Of a stretch of DNA of 64,000 nucleotides, positions 56,805-64,000 are shown in pieces. Made by a program: the position numbers and the translations under genes. Positions within the stretch are counted from its first letter, which is position 1. Each line of letters starts with the position of its first letter. The notes beneath the pieces were generated by a model. The model was not told the DNA's origin and did no database searches. It saw only the letters and a program-made list of their open reading frames with translations. This DNA comes from Sphingobacteriales bacterium (lineage in GTDB: Bacteria; Bacteroidota; Bacteroidia; Chitinophagales; Chitinophagaceae), in NCBI GenBank assembly GCA_024640465.1, contig JAHEEX010000001.1:3136-67135 (forward strand). The letters run 5' to 3'.

Positions 56805-58433
56805 CTATTCCGTTATCAATTTCAACAACTTTGCATCACGCTCATAAATATCCTTTCGGAAATTCAAATCACCATCTGTTTCAATAAAAGCTGTAAAGTA
56901 CCCAATGACGACCGGGATTTTTTTCTTCAGTGTAACCGTTTTCTCAGTGGTACCGGACATGGCTTCATCGATTTTTGACGGAGGCCAGTTAGGATCGTTA
57001 CGCAAAATCCGAAGGGCCAGGTCCCTTGGCTGCCCTACCCTTACACAACCGTGACTGAACGCACGGTTGTCTTCATTAAACAAATTTTTCGAAGGGGTAT
57101 CGTGCAGGTAAATATTATTCTCATTAGGAAAAATAAATTTTACCCTGCCCAGTGAGTTATGCGGACCAGGGGTTTGCCGCACATTACCGCCATTCCATTC
57201 CATATTATGTGAAGCCAGGTAGTTACTGTTCTTACGCATGCCCGGAACAACTTCTTTTTGTATGATACTCGGTGGCACATACCAGTAAGGGCTCATCACG
57301 ATATACTGCATCATCCCGGAAAAAATGACGGTTTTATTCATGGTCTTCCCAACTACTACATTACAGTCCCAAACCTGTTTGCCCTTTTCGAAATACCGAA
57401 GCCTGTAACCCGGGATATTGACAAAAATAAATTCATCTGATTTCTCATGATTAGGCATCCACCTGAATCTTTCCAGGTTTACAAGAATCTGTTCGATTCT
57501 TTTTTTCACAGGCACAGTCAAAGCGGAAATCATTTCATTGGTAATAATGGAATCCTGTTTAAACCCAACCGACTTTTTATAACGGTTAACAGCACGAATC
57601 AATTGAGCATCATATTGATTGTTACCGTCTGCATTTTCGAGATAGCCAAACAAATGCAGCCTTTGACGAACCAGTGATAAAACAGAAGATGTATCCCCTG
57701 GCTTCAGAGATTTCTTCAATTTTACTATAGAAACAGGGTCACCCGATTTCTTTTCAAGCTCCTTGTATTTTTTTAATGCAGTCCTCAATGCCAGGTATTC
57801 CGGATTGAGAATATCATTTTCAATGGCAGGAAGATTCCTGACATCAGCACTTTTTTCCAGCAAAGCCTCATATGATATTTTTTTTCGAGGGATATTCCAG
57901 CCGATGGTCTCCAGGTTTTTACTATATGCACCCGCCCAGATTTTTTTAGCTAAATACAGGTATTGCCCCGTGAGCATCAACTCACCTTTAACATCAGGCT
58001 TAAGATGCTCCGGCCTTTCTGTAAAATCGCCAAAATGGAACATTTCCTGCAAACTCGCTTTATATGGTGTATTAACCGGTATACCGTCAATACTTTCCTG
58101 GTTAAGCTTGTTCAATAGTATTTGGGAAGGCTCCGTTAAACCACCCTTATCATACCAGGCATAGTTAAACGAACGGTTACGGTAAAACGAAGTTATATCA
58201 GCTGAAAACTCTTTGAACTCCGGGTAAGCTGTCAGAAAACGGGGTATTTCCACGCTATCGAAAACAATACCGGAAAGCGGTTGAGGCATTGAATGGATGA
58301 GGGTATCTGGAGTTTGGGGATTGAAAACAGAGTCCTTTCCTCCATTTGTGCCTGCCGTTCCTGAATTACCCTGGCACTGAACCAAAAACCCGGCAAAAAA
58401 AATCAATGTAATGGACCAACGAAAAATATACAT
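56805..58433 (-). CDS. L,D-transpeptidase (YcbB/LdtD-like) lipoprotein with a peptidoglycan-binding domain
   Basis: Lipobox FLVQC; NLERFRW; VNIPGY; VVVGK; IYLHDTPS...SHGCVRV (catalytic His/Cys). Confidence 0.93.
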   Translation of the reverse strand: MYIFRWSITLIFFAGFLVQCQGNSGTAGTNGGKDSVFNPQTPDTLIHSMPQPLSGIVFDSVEIPRFLTAYPEFKEFSADITSFYRNRSFNYAWYDKGGLTEPSQILLNKLNQESIDGIPVNTPYKASLQEMFHFGDFTERPEHLKPDVKGELMLTGQYLYLAKKIWAGAYSKNLETIGWNIPRKKISYEALLEKSADVRNLPAIENDILNPEYLALRTALKKYKELEKKSGDPVSIVKLKKSLKPGDTSSVLSLVRQRLHLFGYLENADGNNQYDAQLIRAVNRYKKSVGFKQDSIITNEMISALTVPVKKRIEQILVNLERFRWMPNHEKSDEFIFVNIPGYRLRYFEKGKQVWDCNVVVGKTMNKTVIFSGMMQYIVMSPYWYVPPSIIQKEVVPGMRKNSNYLASHNMEWNGGNVRQTPGPHNSLGRVKFIFPNENNIYLHDTPSKNLFNEDNRAFSHGCVRVGQPRDLALRILRNDPNWPPSKIDEAMSGTTEKTVTLKKKIPVVIGYFTAFIETDGDLNFRKDIYERDAKLLKLITE

Positions 58434-58773
58434 AATGATAATTTAACGCAAAAAAATATTTATAAAAAATGACTGCAAGATCGCGTTTTTTTAGAAAAGC
58501 AAAGTATATTTGGCAAATGTTTAATACGTAAGAATTATGTATTAGCTGCTACTTTTGAAACGCAGTCTAATGACTAATTTACACGTATTTTTTTCATCAG
58601 TTCATTCAGTCATTTTGTACCAATAAATGGGCAGTTTGTACAAAAATTGATGATCAATCCTTACCTCTCTGAACTTTTTGTTTTGTTTGCCATTAATGAA
58701 ATATTAGTTTTCAACCTCCATAAACCCTCCTACTTTTTGAAAACATCAATATTTATACTTAAAAAAAACAATT

Positions 58774-60156
58774 ATGAAACATTTCTTAGTGGCTGCGTGC
58801 CTGTTAATCATTCAAAGCGCAGTTGGACAAAAAATCGTTAAGGACCATTACACCGTATCAGCAGGTATCCTTGGTGCTGCTAATTTCACAAACTTCAGTA
58901 TTAAAGACAATAGTAACCTCGATTATTCTACTCAATTTGGCTGGGGTGCTGGTGGTTATATAAATTTCCCCCTGGGTAAAGTAATTTCATTCGAGCCTCA
59001 GTTTATGTATAATCAATATGCATATCAAACAGATGCAACTGCGTTTTTGAATGATGCGAAAGCCGGCTACTTTTCTATTCCTGTTTTGCTGAAATTTCAT
59101 CTGGGTAGCAAATTTGCCATCACTGCAGGTCCTCAGTTCGATTTTTTAACATCAGTGGATGATAATAATAACAATTATACTAAAGATGATGTTACAAAAT
59201 CAAGCGTAGCTATTAATGCAGGTTTTGAGCTTTTCCCGCATGGCCGTGTTGTTCCTTTCGCCCGTTATATTTACGGATTTACCAATATGGATAATACAGG
59301 AAACCCAAATACAGTTGGCGAATACCACAACCAGAATTTCCAGGTTGGTTTGAAATTACGCCTGATCGGAGGAAAGCATATCCTTGCTGATTCTGACGGT
59401 GATGGCGTTGTTGATAAAGACGACAAATGTCCTTCACAGGTTGGTCTGGCACGTTATAACGGTTGCCCGATCCCTGATACAGACGGAGACGGATTCAACG
59501 ACGAAGTGGATAAATGTCCTACTGTTGCCGGTATTGAGAAATATGGCGGATGCCCTATTCCTGATACAGATAAAGATGGTATCAATGATGAGCAGGACAA
59601 GTGCCCAACTGTTGCCGGTTTAGCTAAATACAATGGCTGCCCTATCCCTGATACTGATGGCGATGGCATCAATGATGAACAAGATAAATGTCCAAGCGTA
59701 GCTGGTTTAGCTAAATACAATGGTTGCCCTATCCCTGATACAGATGGTGATGGCATCAATGATGAAGAAGACCGTTGCCCTGATGTTGCCGGTGTTGCTG
59801 AAATGATGGGTTGCCCTAAAATCGACTACCAGGCACATGAAGTACTCTTCCAGTCTGGCAAAGCCACTCTTTTACCTGCAGGTAAAAAAGAACTGGATGT
59901 ACTCACTAATTTCCTGACTAAAAATCCTAATGTTAATATCACCCTTATTGGTTATACAGACAATACAGGAACTGACAAGATCAACGAACCTTTATCTGTT
60001 AAACGTGCAGAATCAGCTAAAGCTTACCTGGTAAGCAAAGGCATTGATGCTGGCAGGATCCAGACTGAAGGTCATGGTTCTCAGGATCCGATTGCAGACA
60101 ATAAAACTGCTGCCGGTAAAGCCAAAAACCGCAGGATTGAACTGAAAGTCAACTAA
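58774..60156 (+). CDS. OmpA-family protein: beta-barrel, five thrombospondin type-3-like repeats, OmpA C-terminal domain
   Basis: Signal peptide; amphipathic barrel; D.DGDG..D..DKCP repeats; GYTDNTG...N..LS..RA peptidoglycan-binding motif; NRRIEL. Confidence 0.93.
   Translation: MKHFLVAACLLIIQSAVGQKIVKDHYTVSAGILGAANFTNFSIKDNSNLDYSTQFGWGAGGYINFPLGKVISFEPQFMYNQYAYQTDATAFLNDAKAGYFSIPVLLKFHLGSKFAITAGPQFDFLTSVDDNNNNYTKDDVTKSSVAINAGFELFPHGRVVPFARYIYGFTNMDNTGNPNTVGEYHNQNFQVGLKLRLIGGKHILADSDGDGVVDKDDKCPSQVGLARYNGCPIPDTDGDGFNDEVDKCPTVAGIEKYGGCPIPDTDKDGINDEQDKCPTVAGLAKYNGCPIPDTDGDGINDEQDKCPSVAGLAKYNGCPIPDTDGDGINDEEDRCPDVAGVAEMMGCPKIDYQAHEVLFQSGKATLLPAGKKELDVLTNFLTKNPNVNITLIGYTDNTGTDKINEPLSVKRAESAKAYLVSKGIDAGRIQTEGHGSQDPIADNKTAAGKAKNRRIELKVN
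59389..59817 (+). repeat. 87-bp (29-aa) coding tandem repeat x5
   Basis: Units of the form DTDGDGINDEQDKCPSVAGLAKYNGCPIP. Confidence 0.9.
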
Positions 60157-60168
60157 TCTGCATTTTAT

Positions 60169-60208
60169 AAAAAAGAGGCTGTTTTCAAATGAAACAGCCT
60201 CTTTTTTT
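60169..60208 (+). terminator. rho-independent terminator
   Basis: aaaaagaggctgttt-tcaaatg-aaacagcctctttttt. Confidence 0.88.
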
Positions 60209-60265
60209 CCCCATATCCCCTCCTGGAAAAACCTGAATTAAATCATCTTTAAAATAAAAAGTAAA

Positions 60266-60712
60266 ATGAAAAAAGTTCTGGTTATGTTCTCCTTATTTAT
60301 TTATCTCTTTGGCGTAACAAGTGCTGAAGCACAGGTGGTGGATATCCCAAATAAATCCAAAGAACATTTTTTTAAGAAATACCCGGAAGCAAAAAATGCG
60401 GACTGGAATAATAACGCAGTAAGCTACGCTGTAAAGTTTAATATGGGCAGCGATACATACCGTGCCTATTACCATATGGACGGCACATGGGATTATACGG
60501 AAAAATATATGGATTTAGCCAACCTGCCTCAAAGCGTAAAAGACTCATACGCTAAAAGCAGGATTGCAGACTGGAAAATGGAAGCAGTTGCCGCAGTAGA
60601 AAATAATAAGGGGAAAAAAATGTACCGTATAGAAGCTAAAAAGGGAATTGAAAAGAAAACCATTTATTACGACAAAAACGGGAAAGAAGTTAAATCATCC
60701 TCTGGCCTATAG
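60266..60712 (+). CDS. PepSY-like (BLIP-like) domain exported protein
   Basis: Signal peptide; P...K..F.KKYP.A....W...Y...F...A.Y...G.W followed by LP..V...Y.IE...YD..G. Confidence 0.75.
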   Translation: MKKVLVMFSLFIYLFGVTSAEAQVVDIPNKSKEHFFKKYPEAKNADWNNNAVSYAVKFNMGSDTYRAYYHMDGTWDYTEKYMDLANLPQSVKDSYAKSRIADWKMEAVAAVENNKGKKMYRIEAKKGIEKKTIYYDKNGKEVKSSSGL

Positions 60713-60752
60713 TAAACCTGAATGATCATTTTCTAAACCAAAATCAACTACT

Positions 60753-61943
60753 ATGTCTTTTAATTTTCTTGATGCCGTCAAGAGTCAATTTACAAATGAA
60801 ATACTTGGCAAGGCAGCCTCTTATTTAGGAGAGTCTGATGCAACAGTAAAAAGTGGCCTTGATACAGTTATTCCTGTTGCTTTAGCCGGTATTGTTAATA
60901 AGGCTGAAGGCGGGAATACAGAAAGCCTTTTAAATTTTGCCAAACAGGCTTTAGACAGCGGAATTCTCAATAACCTGGCCGGATCATTTACTTCTAGTGG
61001 TAGTGGAATTCCCTCAATCGGTCCTTCACTTATCAGCGGTTTATTTGGAGATAAATTTGGTGCCATTGCCAATGCTGTGAGCAGTTTCACCGGAATGAAA
61101 GGTGCATCTACGTCTTCACTTTTCGGCTCTGTTGTACCATTAGCATTAGCTGCACTGGGAAAATTTGCCAAAGATAATAATTCAACTCCCGGCGCCATTG
61201 CTTCATTGCTGGGAAGCCAGAAGAGTTCCATCATGTCGAGCCTGCCATCAGGTTTTGACCTGACTAAATTATTGGGCGTTTCTCCAGCAGCAAAGGCTGC
61301 TGTTCATAGCACTCCTGCTCCGGAAGTAAAAAGCGGCAACAAATGGTTATTGCCTTTGCTTCTTGCCCTTGCCGGCATTGCACTTTTATGGTACTTCCTT
61401 AAAGGCTGTGGCGAAACTAAGCCAGTGGAACCTGTTGTTATAACCGATACAGTAACCAAAACAAATGTTATCGTAGTAACAAAAGAACCGCTCAAGGTAA
61501 CATTACCAAATGGTGTTGTACTTGATGCATATAAAGGTGGTATTGAAGACCTGCTGGTTGCATTCCTGAATGATTCTACAGCACAGGCAGGAAAAGACAA
61601 CTGGTTCGATTTTAATGACCTGAATTTTACTTTTGGTACAGCTGAAATTGTCCCAGAGAGTAAAAAACAGTTAAGTAATATTGTTGAAATCCTTAAGGCA
61701 TATCCAAAAGTAAAAATTAAGCTGGGTGGATACACCGATAAAGTTGGTGATGCCGCTGCTAATAAAAAATTGTCTCAGGATAGGGCTGATGCTGTTATGG
61801 CCGCACTAAAAGAATCTGGTGTAGGTGCACAGGTTGAAGGTGCCGAAGGATATGGTTCTGAATTTGCCAAATACCCCGAAAGCGCACCTGAAGAAGACAG
61901 GCTGAAAGACAGAAGGGTATCCGTTTCCGTTAGAGCCAAATAA
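60753..61943 (+). CDS. OmpA-family protein with an N-terminal DUF937-like helical domain
   Basis: N-terminal LLD.V...F.....AA.YLGE...V...L...P..LAG; TM helix KWLLPLLLALAG..; C-terminal OmpA domain (GGYTD..G...N..LS..RA). Confidence 0.85.
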   Translation: MSFNFLDAVKSQFTNEILGKAASYLGESDATVKSGLDTVIPVALAGIVNKAEGGNTESLLNFAKQALDSGILNNLAGSFTSSGSGIPSIGPSLISGLFGDKFGAIANAVSSFTGMKGASTSSLFGSVVPLALAALGKFAKDNNSTPGAIASLLGSQKSSIMSSLPSGFDLTKLLGVSPAAKAAVHSTPAPEVKSGNKWLLPLLLALAGIALLWYFLKGCGETKPVEPVVITDTVTKTNVIVVTKEPLKVTLPNGVVLDAYKGGIEDLLVAFLNDSTAQAGKDNWFDFNDLNFTFGTAEIVPESKKQLSNIVEILKAYPKVKIKLGGYTDKVGDAAANKKLSQDRADAVMAALKESGVGAQVEGAEGYGSEFAKYPESAPEEDRLKDRRVSVSVRAK

Positions 61944-61969
61944 GTATTCTTTTTCTATTTGTTTTTTTT

Positions 61970-62000
61970 ACCGCCGGATTTAGTTCCGGCGGTTTTTTTT
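61970..62000. terminator. bidirectional rho-independent terminator
   Basis: accgccgga-tttagt-tccggcggt followed by a T8 tract. Confidence 0.85.
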
Positions 62001-62020
62001 GCGCCTTTTTAACTTCGCGG

Positions 62021-63334
62021 TCAATGTATTAAAACAATCACCATATCCATCACATTTGTATAGGTAGGCCCGGTAAATAATTGCGCGTTGGTTTTACTGA
62101 AAAAGCCATAACTGTCATTATTATCCAGGTATTTTTGAGGCTCTTCATGCTGCTCGTAAACCCAATGCAATAACCTGCCATCCACCAGTGCCCCCGCCGC
62201 ATCCACAGGCCCGTCTGTACCATCCGTAGCCGCAGATAATATGACAGGTACATTTAGTGGCTCCTTCCCTGTAGCTTTCCAATAAGCCAGGACTGCCAGT
62301 GCAAATTCCTGGTTACGCCCTCCCCTTCCATTACCCTTTACCGTTACAGTTGTTTCGCCACCAAGCAATATACAGGCCGGCTTTGGACCCCGGTATTGCT
62401 CCAACTGAATCGCTAATTGGACCGCTCTTTCCCTTGCTTCACCGTGCATGGAAACATCTTCGATAAAGACGGTATATCCTTTTCCTTTTGCAGCTTCAGC
62501 CGCCGCCAGCAGGGCCATTTTATTATTGCCAATGATGTTAAACTGGTTTCGTTCGAAAATAATGTCGCCAGGCTTGGGCGTTTCTGGTACATCGCCCCGG
62601 CGGCCAAGCGCAATCCATTCAAGAATACCCTGGCTGATTAATTGAGTCAGCCGGTATTTTTCCAGAATCTGCCAGGCATCTTCAAAAGTGGTGGAATCGG
62701 GCACTGTGGGCCCGCTGGCAATAACTTCCTGCGGATCGCCAATGACATCGCTGAGCGCCAGGCAAACTACCGTGGCCGGGTAAGCGAGGCGGGCCAGTTG
62801 TCCGCCTTTTAACCTGGATATATGTTTTCTAACGGTGTTTATTTCCCGGATATCGGCCCCGCTTTTCAACATCAATGATGACAGCTTCTGCAGTTCTTCC
62901 AGCGAAACACCGGGTACCACATCTGCTACCAATGCGGAACTGCCGCCGCTTAACAATACCAGCACCAGGTCTTGCTCATTTGTATGGTGCAAAATTTGCA
63001 TAACCATCTCCCCGGCTTTAATACCACGCTCATCCGGAACCGGATGTCCAGTCTCCAAAACGGTCATATATTCCATAGGTAGGCCATAGCCTTCTTTGGT
63101 AATGACAATTCCCTCACTGATGGCATCTCCCAGGACCTGCTCCAGCATATCACCCATGGCTGCTGCCGCTTTACCCATTGCTATCACATACAGATGTCTT
63201 AATTCACTCCGTAAAAAAATTCGGTCGCCCAGCATGATCCGATCACCCTCCCGCTTAATCCAACGGCCCACAAGGTTTCCAGGCTGAACGGCCGTTAATG
63301 CCAATGTAAATATTTCCAGAATGTCTTCCCGCAT
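62021..63334 (-). CDS. glycerate kinase type-2 (DUF4147/MOFRL)
   Basis: MGKAAAAM, TGHPVPD, LSGGSSAL, INTVRKHIS.LKGG.LA, SDV.GD...IASGPT, GGETTV...G.GGRNQE, TDGTDG, TGPTYTNVMD. Start at ATG 63334. Confidence 0.93.
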   Translation of the reverse strand: MREDILEIFTLALTAVQPGNLVGRWIKREGDRIMLGDRIFLRSELRHLYVIAMGKAAAAMGDMLEQVLGDAISEGIVITKEGYGLPMEYMTVLETGHPVPDERGIKAGEMVMQILHHTNEQDLVLVLLSGGSSALVADVVPGVSLEELQKLSSLMLKSGADIREINTVRKHISRLKGGQLARLAYPATVVCLALSDVIGDPQEVIASGPTVPDSTTFEDAWQILEKYRLTQLISQGILEWIALGRRGDVPETPKPGDIIFERNQFNIIGNNKMALLAAAEAAKGKGYTVFIEDVSMHGEARERAVQLAIQLEQYRGPKPACILLGGETTVTVKGNGRGGRNQEFALAVLAYWKATGKEPLNVPVILSAATDGTDGPVDAAGALVDGRLLHWVYEQHEEPQKYLDNNDSYGFFSKTNAQLFTGPTYTNVMDMVIVLIH

Positions 63335-63491
63335 AATGTTAATATAAACAATCAATGAGATATTAAGAAGCATCCTTCCGGAATAAATCTTTTTATACTA
63401 ACTTCGACCTATATAGTTGTTTAGCTAACTAATATGAACTTCTTTTCCCTTTTCTTGTCTTTGCGCCTTTGCGAGATATAAATTATTTTTT

Positions 63492-64000
63492 ATGAAACGT
63501 ACTATTAAGAAAGTTGCTGTCCTCGGCAGTGGTGTAATGGGTTCCCGCATTGCCTGCCATTTTGCAGGAATTGGTTTACAGGTTTTACTACTGGATATGG
63601 TTCCAAAAGAAGCCGCAGAATCAACACAAAAAGCAGCCAGGAATAAACTGGTTAACGATGCGCTGCAAGCTGCTATAAAAAGTAACCCCTCCCCCCTGTA
63701 CTCGAAAGAAGCCGTGAAAAGAATCACAACCGGAAATTTTGATGATGATATGGCGCAGATCGCAGGTTACGACTGGATCATTGAAGTGGTGGTTGAAAGG
63801 CTCGATATAAAGCAACTCATTTTTGAAAAAGTGGAGAAGTTCCGCAAACCCGGCACCCTCATAACTTCCAATACTTCCGGTATCCCCATTCACCTGATGG
63901 CCGAAGGCAGGAGTGATGATTTTAAAAAACATTTCTGTGGAACACATTTTTTCAATCCGCCACGATACCTGCGCTTGCTGGAAATAATCCCAACACCCCA
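63492..64000 (+). CDS. 3-hydroxyacyl-CoA dehydrogenase / enoyl-CoA hydratase (FadN-like), 5' part only
   Basis: Not in the ORF track. Manual translation MKRTIKKVAVLGSGVMGSRIA (GxGxxG), DWIIEVVVE, SNTSGIPI, GTHFFNPPRY; open to the window edge. Confidence 0.93.
   Translation, partial: MKRTIKKVAVLGSGVMGSRIACHFAGIGLQVLLLDMVPKEAAESTQKAARNKLVNDALQAAIKSNPSPLYSKEAVKRITTGNFDDDMAQIAGYDWIIEVVVERLDIKQLIFEKVEKFRKPGTLITSNTSGIPIHLMAEGRSDDFKKHFCGTHFFNPPRYLRLLEIIPTP

Noticed and set aside
59389-59817. 87-bp tandem repeat as a novel element
   Set aside because: It is fully explained by the known thrombospondin type-3-like calcium-binding repeats of Bacteroidota OmpA proteins.
7670-63947. Numerous 60-157 aa antisense or alternate-frame ORFs nested in long genes (e.g. 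7670-8137, 11685-12158, 52148-52603, 60821-61735, 63621-63947)
   Set aside because: They are shadows of well-supported CDSs on the other strand or frame, with no independent motifs.
1-64000. Prophage, transposon, anti-phage defence or toxin-antitoxin system
   Set aside because: No integrase, transposase, nuclease, reverse transcriptase, NTPase-effector pair or phage structural gene was recognisable in any ORF.

Overview
This AT-rich 64 kb window looks like a Bacteroidota chromosome segment, probably Chitinophagaceae-like. The basis is T9SS C-terminal sorting domains, TAnnTTTG promoter boxes, A-rich leaders without Shine-Dalgarno sites, and a TamB/TamL pair. The backbone is housekeeping and envelope genes: glyA, uvrA, an ECF sigma factor, purQ, kup, fhs, metG, two S66 LD-carboxypeptidases, an L,D-transpeptidase, OmpA proteins, TamB-TamL, MscS, glycerate kinase and a partial 3-hydroxyacyl-CoA dehydrogenase. 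I found no tRNA, rRNA, CRISPR array, transposase, integrase or phage gene. Three things stand out. (1) An accessory island at ~37.0-49.0 kb has a receiver-less LytTR regulator and a membrane-anchored AraC sensor. These sit beside exported proteins that resemble enzyme inhibitors: PliI-like, PliG-like, two paralogues of an unnamed CGSxGC family, and a four-domain beta/gamma-crystallin. The island also encodes an S12 serine hydrolase and an M61 peptidase, and an ATTACATCA motif recurs in its intergenic DNA. (2) The window carries at least five short repeat families, two of which sit in frame inside metG and one of which encodes the end of purQ; there are also heptamer-bounded tandem duplications, one of which copies a gene's 3' end. 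(3) A candidate structured small RNA lies at ~3.54-3.67 kb. All family assignments are by eye from motifs, not from database searches.
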